Both the position numbers and the translations under genes were made by a program. Under the pieces are notes generated by a model that did not search any database, was not told the DNA's origin, and saw only the letters and a program-made list of their open reading frames with translations. A stretch of 64,000 nucleotides of DNA from the NCBI GenBank assembly GCA_000004985.1, contig GG738848.1, one strand, 5' to 3'. Below, in pieces: positions 20,901-28,897 of this stretch; position 1 is the first letter of the stretch, and each line of letters opens with the position of its first letter. The DNA is from Naegleria gruberi. Its lineage: Eukaryota.

Positions 20901-21754
20901 TCATAAATCTTGGCATTTGCATAGGATTTAACAAAACTTGTCTTACCCTTCTCCTTATGGTCGAACTTGAGTAGTTTTTCTGCCATCTTAAGCTTATCCA
21001 TGTTCTCACGCCATAATGGATTGCTTTCTATAAACGCCAATTTAGATGCTAATTCTGGATTGACGGCTTGAACTTGTAATTGGAAAGCTCTTGTCTCTAA
21101 GTTCGCAACCATTTTCTTCGTATCATCTATTTCTGGGAAAAGATTAGCTATCTTCATTGTAAAAGCAGAATCCTTTCTCAAATTCTCATATTCTGTAAGA
21201 AGACTAGAATTAGTTGTTGGCAATGGTGTGTAGATTGTATCTGTGTATTTTCTAACTTCAGATTCAGCTGCCAATTGTTGTAAAACACGTTCTGTTTCAG
21301 CTTTTTCCAGCTTCATCTGTGCAATCTTAGCATCGATTATTTGTTCATAAGCCTTAAATCTCTTCACATCTTCTTCTGATACCTCTTCTCTCTTTCTCTT
21401 GTTAGAGCCATCTTCAACTTCTACAACTGACTCACCATCGTCCTCTTCGTCATCATCATCGTCATCATCATCTCTTGCTTCCTTGAATGCATGTTTAATC
21501 TCATCCTTTAACTTCTCTACATCTTTACTCTTGCCACTTGTGCAAACCGTAAACTTGTCTGCACCAATAAAGTCAACAATTGCCTTTGCCAATACCTTCT
21601 TTTGGCCAGAAACTTCAATTTCCAAGGTACCTATAATCTTTTGTATCAAGGCCTTTGTTAACTTTCCAACAGCACTTTTATCATGCTTCTTAAGTATGTC
21701 AGTGATGGTTTCTTGAATTGTTGATTGACTCATAATGTGTTGCAATTTTTTCAA
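17915..21754 (-). CDS. Retroelement ORF A: Gag-like N-terminus with CX2CX4HX4C zinc knuckle, then a C-terminal tyrosine recombinase, in one uninterrupted 1279-codon frame
   Basis: Starts MKKLQHIMSQ within repeat A1. The knuckle is CFICNDPNHLIKDCPKR. The YR boxes are HSLRIGGATEAA and GGWNSDAIDRY at the C-terminus. The middle ~600 codons have no recognisable domain yet stay open while overlapping the RT/RH frame. Confidence 0.75.
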   Translation of the reverse strand: MKKLQHIMSQSTIQETITDILKKHDKSAVGKLTKALIQKIIGTLEIEVSGQKKVLAKAIVDFIGADKFTVCTSGKSKDVEKLKDEIKHAFKEARDDDDDDDDEEDDGESVVEVEDGSNKRKREEVSEEDVKRFKAYEQIIDAKIAQMKLEKAETERVLQQLAAESEVRKYTDTIYTPLPTTNSSLLTEYENLRKDSAFTMKIANLFPEIDDTKKMVANLETRAFQLQVQAVNPELASKLAFIESNPLWRENMDKLKMAEKLLKFDHKEKGKTSFVKSYANAKIYDKKDKAEEKVNMFGSANGMKKVKKCFICNDPNHLIKDCPKRNKREGSEYVDDLFFPRGRRKKRGYSFHFEQMGYLEEERSFNGNSGYVERGCISSNKRRICSILWKGKFRRMVFGRERMVKKRSEYFERDWSFGTLSQSKSDSQVSAGPKERIIPTDYRFKTAQSVLFYPQIQVQHVEEVFRTRTNEQDRSNLGFYVRYEIRISPDEGKKEGQTILCHSSRGRGFAIHSPSIWMEWISILFYTNDECIYQFFEIRFFNTIQLLRRCWFITFWFLFICIKEQYIRYNGMCRIRCSYRKEEESVNSIKSLSTTWDQDRSGQQEINYDRSYIRENSNSYFHSPCQVSPRSESNIQRTVSDDWYYNCLCRLFPTCKGDVESDLFFSGGLGEYWRLGFRISHQRPRCNFQSPMDFIQLGPLEWKGVPISKLSGILLDRCIEIGMGSFPQRKKFETTRFLEGRTMPRTYQCIRSESDLSCPKRMVTSFERKEFNCLHGFKGGSILYNEGKSKVSHYESIDSTNMAHYFRTRHPFAFVRMVTFGGESSSGQSEQKYSRERPNRLGDYQRSFSISREAAGCINRMGQIRLSLQLQDKTIYSEKEDQQKRESRFILSPLDRASGKLVLRTFQSNRESITTLSRVQSSYGIGSSSMEKEVVVEDNRKLSNSFYESRWKSFQSLPRREPRTMQRILDHKSNISRLQSHDLSKIADTLMSCSIEISTTDNYESYWNRFINFLIKQKEVPPATSEMVVRFLTFMFIKTPSGNNCRSAMYAIKHFCKRIGWEDITVNIRVQMVIKGMCNLATVATKRERDPWRIEFICKWVIVGRQFVKEKSYVLYTCLMIFGIRSMFRGSELGGLLIEDLKIVKFPVVGFSITVRKVKNDKKGRKSCIEATGSELCPMKWLQKLLDSRDKGKFLFTGGFSLNTVEISYILTQVATWIEADPGKYSSHSLRIGGATEAAIMGIPDATIKAMGGWNSDAIDRYFRANFRGDRNGSHLMGF
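18805..20751 (-). CDS. Retroelement ORF B: reverse transcriptase plus RNase H, in the +1 frame relative to ORF A, with one in-frame stop at 19747..19749
   Basis: RT motifs are LPFGWNGSPYFF and SNYLDDVGLL. The RNase H motif is LIVYTDSKVALYC / TDASRLGWGVF. The two track ORFs 19747..20751 and 18805..19746 share one frame and are split by a single stop. The frame begins exactly where the Gag part of ORF A ends, which suggests a frameshift junction near 20751. Confidence 0.75.
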
Positions 21755-21889
21755 CTTGAGTTTTACTTTCCTTCAGTAAAACTCTCTATTTAACCTAAAT
21801 TTTCATTGTAAAATTTAGGTTGACTACGTTACCTGGTTGTCTATTGTTTTTACAATATAAACTTACGTAAGGTGTGGACCTTACTACCA
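21688..21889 (-). repeat. Retroelement repeat A1 (202 bp), contains the ORF A start codon
   Basis: Identical to 17643..17844 by direct inspection. Confidence 0.85.
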
Positions 21890-21940
21890 ATTATTTAGAA
21901 TTTACAAATATAGATAATAATATACAAATAATCGGCAAGA

Positions 21941-23639
21941 TTACTTTTGAGAAACCATATTCTTTGCAATGAGGAGGGATACATTCTTTGCTGAGATTAG
22001 GTTAGTTTCCATAGTACTGACAACACTTTCAACACTATTCGTATAGTAAATATTATTGTGGAGTTTGACAGGAGGTTGAATATTATTTGGTTTGAGAATT
22101 GGATAACTTCCATGTTTCCAAACTTGTTGAACTACTGATGTGGCTCCAACAAACATTTCCTGTAATGTTTTGGTTGAAAGTGGCTCATGACTATACGATT
22201 CGAATATTCTTTCTGATTCATCAGGTGTCTTTCCAATAGGTGCAATATTATTGAGTGGTAGATATTTGGTCAAAAGTGGTTTCATTGTTGTAATATACAC
22301 ATCTGATTCAGAGCAATCAGTTCCAAAATAATTCTTGTTCAAGTCCTTTGCACGAATAATGCTAGTAATCAGAATATTCATATCACGTTTTTGTAAGGCA
22401 GATGGAGGAAGTTTGATATTTTCAAATTTGATATTTGTAAACTCGAGTGGAGTTGCAACAATTACATAATCAAATTGACCGAGTTCAGAATTGTTTCCAC
22501 TCTTGAGAGAATACTTGTTTGATGCTGGATCGAATGAAATTTCAGAAACTTCACTATTCAACTTTAAGGTCAATCGATCTTTTGGAATTGATTCAATGCA
22601 ACCAAGTGGAACTTTTGAGGTTCCTTCAAGAACATGTCTAAAATCAGAAACTGCTCCAGCTAATCCAATAATTCCTCCATAGGCACTGATTTGATCAGAG
22701 TTTTGCATATAATTGATTCTCAAAATTGGATCACAATATTCCTTGATAAAACGTTCTTGAATCCAATTATTTCTTGCATATTCATAGAAAGTCAATTTGG
22801 TCAAATCACTCATTCCAGTATCTTGACAAAAATCTTCAGTACTTTCCCATGTATAGACCTTACTCAATGTTTCTGCATTTAATGGACCAGTCGATGGCAA
22901 TTCTTGGAGTTTGTAAATATTTAAAAATCTCTCCTTTGACAAGTAGTAATTAACACTTCTCTTCAATAAGAAGAGAGGAATACCAAAATCATATCTCCAT
23001 GCTCCTCTAATTGCAGTCTTCCACCAACTGTCAGATTCACAAAATACCATTCTCTTTTCGTCACCATTAAATATACCAATTCTGACATTAAAATGAGGTT
23101 CTTCCAATGTCAAATTAAACTTTTCAATCAAGCCCAAAATGTACTTGTTTTCCAAAATGACAGATGATCCACCCACTTCATATGAATACTTTGAATTTTG
23201 TCAATTAATTTTGATTCTGAAACATTAATTATAATAAACAAACCTTGTATGGATCCTTCTCATCCTGATACAAGACCATTTCCTTCAAACGACCTCCAAC
23301 TCGATCATCCCTCTCATAAACCACCAATTCAATTTCTCTCTTCATTTCTTGAGAATTGGAATTTGGCTCTGGTGAAGAAGAAGAGGAATCATTTTCTCTT
23401 CTATTCATCTCATCAACCAATTCGGAGAGAAAGTAGGCAGAGCCAGAACCAGAAATTCCACTGCCAATAATTGCAACTCTCTTATTGATCATTGAATTAT
23501 TAGCAACCTTTGGTGTTTCAGCTTGAATGGTTGTTGTAGGAAGGATCATGGAGTTTTTAGTGTGAGAAAAGTAGTTAGATCCGATCAAGCCAACTGAACC
23601 AACAGACAAAGTGGCAGCAACTAGACGTTTTAAAGACAT
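21941..23639 (-). CDS. Prenylcysteine oxidase (PCYOX1-like flavoprotein); join(23639..23244,23188..21941)
   Basis: An N-terminal signal-like segment is present. The FAD motif is VAIIGSGISGSGSAYFLSE...ELVVYERDDRVGGRL. A 55-nt intron runs GTTTGT...CAAAG, and the join ...DPYK|YSYEVGGSSVIL matches the conserved YEAGGSVIH block. A C-terminal Prenylcys_lyase-like region is present (GGIIGLAGAVSDFRH...VIVATPL). Confidence 0.7.
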
Positions 23640-23689
23640 TTTTTTTGATTGTAAAATGTCAAACCAATATGAGAATCTATTTGCAGCTT

Positions 23690-24800
23690 TGAGTTTCCAT
23701 AACTTTCAATCTGCTTGCTGTATCTTTAATTTATTTTCATGATTTTCTTCATATTCAAATATTCTTTGTAAATAGTAGAATATGTAAATATCTGAATGAA
23801 TACTTCCTGGAGGTAGTTCAACACCAGTGTATGTTCTTCCAATAGTGACATAGCCTTGCATTCCTTCATCGTAAATGTGGAATGAATCGTTTCTTCATGC
23901 CTGGAATTTTAAAATCCAAAACACAGCTGGAGAATATGCAAGATCAGTTTGAACAGCAGCTTCATCATGTTGATTAAGCTTAGATGGATTATTTTTAAAT
24001 AATCTAATTGAGTAATGTCATAAATATTTCTAACAGGATCATTAACAGATATTGCATGTCTGAGACATTTCCAGGATTCTTCTAGTGGATGTTGAAATGT
24101 AGTTACAACTTTGTACAAGTGCATGCCCTCGTGCTTTTGATCTTCATCAAACACATATTGAGTTTTGAAAGATTTCCAACTTTTTCGATAATGGAGAGGA
24201 AGAGGTTCTAAATTTCTACAGGATGAGGTTTGTTGATCATTATTTTGATGCAACAATTATAACCTTTAAAGCCGAATATTAAAACAAGATACTGAGTCTT
24301 CCATAACACTGATTGCAAAGTAAATCTCTCGATCCTCAATTGTTTTTCTGGTCAACTCTTTTGGTTTGAATCTAAAATCCACATAAAACCTTTGGAAATG
24401 TCAATCGCAATTGAACGAGTAAATAATTCGCCTTGTTTTTCGAGAAATTCTACAATCATAGAACTTCTAGCAAATCTCAAAAACTGATCGCTCATCAAAT
24501 CCAAAGAGACTGAGAAAATTACATCTTTGAACAATTCATCAAGATCCAATTTGTACTTGTTGCCATAGTGTTAGAACTTTTGACTTTGTGACAATTCCTA
24601 AATTTAGTTCATTCACACTGCCTGTTTTGATGAAGGTGTTAATCAGTTTGCTGCACTGATGGTTCATGTTTGACTGGTTGATACAATTTTCTGAACTCAT
24701 CAATTTCGTTAAGGAAAAGAATGGTTTCTTCACTATGTGCAACTTGTTTCTCAAACATCATCAATTTGCACACCTGCCGTGCATCTCTATTCTTCATCAA
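23690..24800 (-). pseudogene. RGS-domain gene remnant, disrupted by at least two +1 frameshifts inside the RGS domain
   Basis: ATG near 24818. The RGS-like sequence is split over three frames: ...FEKQVAHSEETILFLNEIDEFRKLYQ, then KLINTFIKTGSVNELNLGIVTKSKVLTLWQQ, then LDLDELFKDVIFSVSLDLMSDQFLRFARSSMIVEFLEKQ. The downstream ORFs 23909..24256 and about 23690..23900 carry no recognisable domain. There is no room for introns at the shift points. Confidence 0.4.
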
Positions 24801-25148
24801 GTTTAAATTTCTCCTCATTTTTCAAATTAGCAAACAGGCCATTCAATGTTAAAACGATGCCTATTTTAACGAACCTATCAACTATTAGATATGGTTTTAT
24901 TAAGCAAAACTACATTGTAACAAACTTTGAAATGACGCTGGGTAGCTTTCTCTTTTTATACAACAACAACTCATTGGATAGAGCAAATCCCACTTCTAGG
25001 CACAGCCAGCAATAAATGGCATCTAAGGAAAGCAAATTCTGAATCACTAGTGTTCTTTATAAATCCATATTGAAAGCCTGAAGCAAAGCAAAGCCTCAAC
25101 ATAGTGCTTTAGGGAGATGGTTTTCGTCGGGTTGACCCAAAATTGGCT

Positions 25149-26030
25149 TATTTCAAATAAAAATTGTTTATAGATCTGCAAAGTTCATTCTCTTTTCACA
25201 ATTTTTCTTCAAATGGATAGCAACTTTGTCACTTGCATTATTTTGTAAATATTTTGAAAGTAAGGTGGCAGCATTGTTGAAATTCTCATTGAAATATTCT
25301 TGAGTTGCTTCATTGTAAATATTCCATTGTTCATTCTTCTCCTTTGCATTCAATTCATACATCCATTCATCAGCTTCATTATTAATACTTTCACCCAATT
25401 CGTAAACTTTTCTTGGTGCGTGAATTTGACTTTTATCTGCAATGTTTGGATATGAATAATAATCATCCAACACAAAATTCTTAAAATCAACAAATCTAAC
25501 TTGAAACTTGTTGTCAATTTTCTGGAATAATTCATGAGAAATAACTATTGGAATATCCAACTCTTTTGCAGTTTCAATCATGCCTTGAATATTGTATTGA
25601 ACACTTCCAAAAACACCAAAGTTCATAATCTCCTTTGTTCCCACATTACCACACATACATTCTTGAGTTGTTGCAACAATATGGAAATCCAAATTCAATG
25701 TCGGATTATTCTCATAAACAATATGCTGTGATAGCTTATTTTCCTGTAAAGTTATCAATTTTTTCAATAAGGAATGACAACATTGAAGACCCTTCATTTC
25801 ATGTTTATGTTGATCACCTGAAGCATTGAAGAGAATTGTAACTGTTTCATTTTCAAATTTACCAACTTGTCCATTACTAATCTTTGCTACATAGTTAATA
25901 ACATCAAAAACATCTGTCAAAATGGAAAGACACTCTTTTGGATTGGCATTGTTGAACAAAATATTGACACCGTCCAAAAAGGCACTAACAGCAGTAACTC
26001 TCTTCTTTTCCAAATATAGAGAGAACATGT
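25149..26030. repeat. Inverted segmental duplication or gene-conversion tract shared with 58250..59102 (about 97% nt identity)
   Basis: The antisense ORFs 25350..25535 and 58716..58901 are identical. ORFs 25635..25829 and 58422..58616 differ at 5 of 64 residues. Similarity ends about 20 bp past the stop codons. Confidence 0.7.
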
Positions 26031-27612
26031 TGACGACAGAACTTTGTTGTTTGAGTAATTTTCTTGAAAGAATGCCTGAATGAGAGTTAGTATTAGAATT
26101 TGAAAACGAGGATGAGTCTTTGTGCTTTTCTTGCAAAGGTGTTTCTTCAACTTTCTCAACTTCTCCATCTTCTGAATTGTTGTTGTCCAACTTACTCAAC
26201 AAGTGACCTGGAATAAATTTTCTGTACAATCTAATTCTTTCTACCATACCTATAAAGTGAACTTGCAAGGATTTCACTTCAGAGAGTAAAGACCTAGACA
26301 AACGAAAATTATCCAGTTCCATATTCGAAACCAATTCAAATGAGTCTATTAAATTTTGGAATGGCTTAACAACCATAATAGAAAACACAGTTGTCATAGT
26401 TAATCCAAATATAACTACCACAACAGACCCAACAATTGCACAAACAATAGCAAAAATCATATTACCAATATAATTCCATTTTGGGACGCTGTACACTAAT
26501 ATCCAATCAATACCTTCATCAATACACATTCTTCGAACTGATACATAAGTGTCATCAATTATAACTGTAACATTGGTGTTACAAGCAAGATTTTGAAAAT
26601 CATTATTGAATTGTAAAGCTATTTGATCTCCAAATTTGGTGACACCACCCCCATGGGTTGAGAATGTCTTTCGAGTGGAATCTCTTTCTGTGAACACGTC
26701 TTCTAGAAAACCTGAAGCAATCATGTTTTTTGATTGTGTTTCAAATACAAACCCAACAGTTCCTGTAATATTGACTGTTTGTTTGTAAAGGAACTCTGAT
26801 AAAACATCAAGATTCATAACTATTGTTACAAAATCATTGATTTTACCATAGGATGATATGCTACTGGTACAAGCAATATTCAACTGATTAGAGTTTGTTG
26901 AAGCAACAAATGATGGAGAGAAAATAGTCTTCCCTGGATTCCTTGTAGCTGTCTGAGAAAGGAATGTGTAATCAGTTGAGTTGACCACCCTATCAGGTTT
27001 TGTTTGATGGATACAAACATCGTTATGCTCTGGGTCTATACAATTCCAATAGCTTTGATTCTGTCCCTGATTCACTGCTGTGTACATTACTGATGTTTCG
27101 TCAACCGTAATTCCATACATGTTACCACTAGCATCACCAATCGAGAGCATGTTCAGAAAATCAATGTGAGATTTAATAACTTTCTGCAATCTAAATGTTC
27201 GATCCATTATGAGAGTTTGATTAGTGAAATCAAAATTAGGGTCGAGTTGTGATTTTGTGGATTCTGTTGCCAATACCACATTCTTAATAGAAGTCTCTGT
27301 GTAGGAAATAATGACATCAAATTCTGATTTTCTCACCTTCTCACTCAATGTACCAACCTCTGAACTGAATGCTGTTATCCATATCGAGTCAAACACGACT
27401 GTACATGACAATATCAAGAGAAATATAATAAAGACAAGAATAAATTTGATGGAAGAAAAAAAGCTTAAAACCCTCGAACGACTCTGAATCGTTTTCCTTG
27501 GTGCCTCAGCTGGTGAAGCGTTTTGGTCTGAATTTTTGCCTGGAACCTTTTCCTGTAGTTTTTGCTCACTATTAGGCTTTGAAGAGGTAACAAGTGGTTG
27601 AATACGAGTCAT
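25168..27612 (-). CDS. Receptor-type class III nucleotidyl (adenylyl/guanylyl) cyclase, copy 1: TM1, ~350-aa extracytoplasmic domain, TM2, linker, cyclase domain; 814 aa
   Basis: ATG at 27612. TM segments are FILVFIIFLLILSCTVVF and IFAIVCAIVGSVVVVIFGLTMTTVFSIMVV. The cyclase-homology domain is degenerate in its first motif (VTAVSAFLDG...FHIVATTQECMCGNVGTKEIMNFGVFGSVQYNIQGMIE). It is a paralog of 56712..59083. Confidence 0.7.
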   Translation of the reverse strand: MTRIQPLVTSSKPNSEQKLQEKVPGKNSDQNASPAEAPRKTIQSRSRVLSFFSSIKFILVFIIFLLILSCTVVFDSIWITAFSSEVGTLSEKVRKSEFDVIISYTETSIKNVVLATESTKSQLDPNFDFTNQTLIMDRTFRLQKVIKSHIDFLNMLSIGDASGNMYGITVDETSVMYTAVNQGQNQSYWNCIDPEHNDVCIHQTKPDRVVNSTDYTFLSQTATRNPGKTIFSPSFVASTNSNQLNIACTSSISSYGKINDFVTIVMNLDVLSEFLYKQTVNITGTVGFVFETQSKNMIASGFLEDVFTERDSTRKTFSTHGGGVTKFGDQIALQFNNDFQNLACNTNVTVIIDDTYVSVRRMCIDEGIDWILVYSVPKWNYIGNMIFAIVCAIVGSVVVVIFGLTMTTVFSIMVVKPFQNLIDSFELVSNMELDNFRLSRSLLSEVKSLQVHFIGMVERIRLYRKFIPGHLLSKLDNNNSEDGEVEKVEETPLQEKHKDSSSFSNSNTNSHSGILSRKLLKQQSSVVNMFSLYLEKKRVTAVSAFLDGVNILFNNANPKECLSILTDVFDVINYVAKISNGQVGKFENETVTILFNASGDQHKHEMKGLQCCHSLLKKLITLQENKLSQHIVYENNPTLNLDFHIVATTQECMCGNVGTKEIMNFGVFGSVQYNIQGMIETAKELDIPIVISHELFQKIDNKFQVRFVDFKNFVLDDYYSYPNIADKSQIHAPRKVYELGESINNEADEWMYELNAKEKNEQWNIYNEATQEYFNENFNNAATLLSKYLQNNASDKVAIHLKKNCEKRMNFADL

Positions 27613-27952
27613 TTTCTTTTGATTGTGTTAGAGTTTGTGCGTATCGTATTCGGTTTGTTGAACTGTACTTATCAACACAGACGTTATCGCATCAATGGAA
27701 CAATGATCCAGCACTGTGTGGAAAGAGACAACATCCAAAAGTGTCTGGCTTAGTCTTAATATGAAATTATGGGCGAATATAAAAAATATCACCATGGCTG
27801 TAGTAAGGCTCGAGCATTCTGTTGGAAAATATTGTTTCGGGGAGATATTGGTGATCTGAGATACGATAACAAGAGGAGAATTTATTTGTATTTCCTTCTG
27901 CTGCTTGTAAAGCTTGATGCAAGCTATACAACTTGTGAAACAAGGACAATAA

Positions 27953-28180
27953 TTATAGACGTTTCCTATTGATTGCCAATCGAATATTTACGATAGGAAT
28001 ATCGTGCGTGTGGGCATTGATCAATTCCATCTCTTCATTATTGGCCCTATCACCTATTTCGTTTGTTTCATCCAAATGTTCCAATTCTGATTCGTTTATT
28101 TCATCTTGGTTAGAAGCACTTTGCTTTGGTGCTTCAGTTTCCTTTCTCTTCTCTCTTTTTTTCATTTTGAAATTATTCAA
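27953..28180 (-). CDS. Small acidic hypothetical protein (75 aa); could instead be non-coding upstream sequence
   Basis: It has a clean ATG and a 75-codon ORF (MNNFKMKKREKRKETEAPK...), with no recognisable domain. It sits between the cyclase copy-1 promoter and the GNAT gene. Confidence 0.2.
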   Translation of the reverse strand: MNNFKMKKREKRKETEAPKQSASNQDEINESELEHLDETNEIGDRANNEEMELINAHTHDIPIVNIRLAINRKRL

Positions 28181-28222
28181 TAAAACTAATCAATGTATTT
28201 TCTCAATTTAGTCAAAATCCAA

Positions 28223-28858
28223 TTACATTTCAATTTCCTTTTTGAAATGGACACAGCCATCTCTTTCACAAACTTGAATAAAGCCCAACTTTTTGTAGAG
28301 TTCCACTGCTTCAATCCAGGGTGTGTCTGTTTCCACAACAAGCCAGCTCTTCATTACCTTATTTTCATCATCTTTCAATTTCACATATAATTGACCTGCC
28401 TTTGAAATTAAATATTTCATGATTTGGAAAGCCAATCCTTTTCTTCTATATTCTTTAATCACAGAAACCCTCCCTACTCTCAGACAATACTCATTTTCAC
28501 TCTCCCTTTGCTTGGAATTATCCGAATCTTGATCATGATTATTTTCCACAAGTTTTGATGTGAAATGTTCCAAACTCAATGCACCAGTCCCTATCATTTC
28601 ATTATTACTAGTCGAAAACATGGCACAAAAAACCAAATAATTTGCATCCAAATCATTCAAATCTTGATTAAAACTTTCATCGTATTCATCTCCGAATCTT
28701 TCTGCAAGTCCTTGATGAACAATTTGTGCTGCAACTTTCTTTTGCTCAACTGGTGCTGAGCAAGAATAACTTCCTGCAATCTCTTCAATACGAAATTGTT
28801 GATCATTCATTTTTTTCTTATTGATTTTCATAACAACCTTATCAAACGGAGTTAGCAT
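28223..28858 (-). CDS. GNAT-family N-acetyltransferase, 211 aa
   Basis: ATG at 28858. The acetyl-CoA-binding motif A is RVGRVSVIKEYRRKGLAFQIMKYLISKA. Confidence 0.7.
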   Translation of the reverse strand: MLTPFDKVVMKINKKKMNDQQFRIEEIAGSYSCSAPVEQKKVAAQIVHQGLAERFGDEYDESFNQDLNDLDANYLVFCAMFSTSNNEMIGTGALSLEHFTSKLVENNHDQDSDNSKQRESENEYCLRVGRVSVIKEYRRKGLAFQIMKYLISKAGQLYVKLKDDENKVMKSWLVVETDTPWIEAVELYKKLGFIQVCERDGCVHFKKEIEM

Positions 28859-28897
28859 TTGCCTTTCTCCGGCGTTACTTTTTCATCTGTAAAAAAA
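28859..28897. promoter_or_regulatory. 39-bp head-to-head intergenic spacer between the GNAT (-) and cathepsin X (+) start codons
   Basis: The start codons are at 28858 (minus) and 28898 (plus). The spacer is an A-run flanked by ...ctccggcgttactttttcatctgtaaaaaaa. Confidence 0.5.

Larger units (their letters stand above)
17229..21889 (-). mobile_element. Tyrosine-recombinase (YR) retrotransposon, DIRS/Ngaro-like, with split direct repeats A1-ORFs-B1-A2-spacer-B2; about 4.66 kb
   Basis: It encodes Gag with a CCHC knuckle, RT (LPFGW, YLDD), RNase H (TDAS) and a C-terminal tyrosine recombinase (HSLRIGGAT...GGWNSDAIDRY). No integrase, protease or methyltransferase is evident. A 202-bp direct repeat occurs at 21688..21889 and 17643..17844, 100% identical. 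A 45-bp repeat occurs at 17843..17887 and 17229..17273. The element lies in the intergenic space between an F-box gene (ATG 17185) and the PCYOX gene (stop 21941). Confidence 0.85.

Noticed and set aside
21688-21889. Interpreting the 202-bp direct repeats as LTRs of a Ty3/copia-type element
   Set aside because: No integrase or protease is present. A tyrosine recombinase is. The 5' repeat contains the Gag start codon, and additional 45-bp split repeats flank the 3' copy. This fits tyrosine-recombinase retroelements rather than LTR retrotransposons.
24350-24800. Programmed +1 ribosomal frameshifting (Euplotes-like) as an explanation for the RGS frame hops
   Set aside because: The shift sites do not have the AAA-TAA/TAG context typical of known +1 frameshift organisms. 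All other genes in the window read normally with standard stops, so pseudogene or sequence error is more parsimonious.
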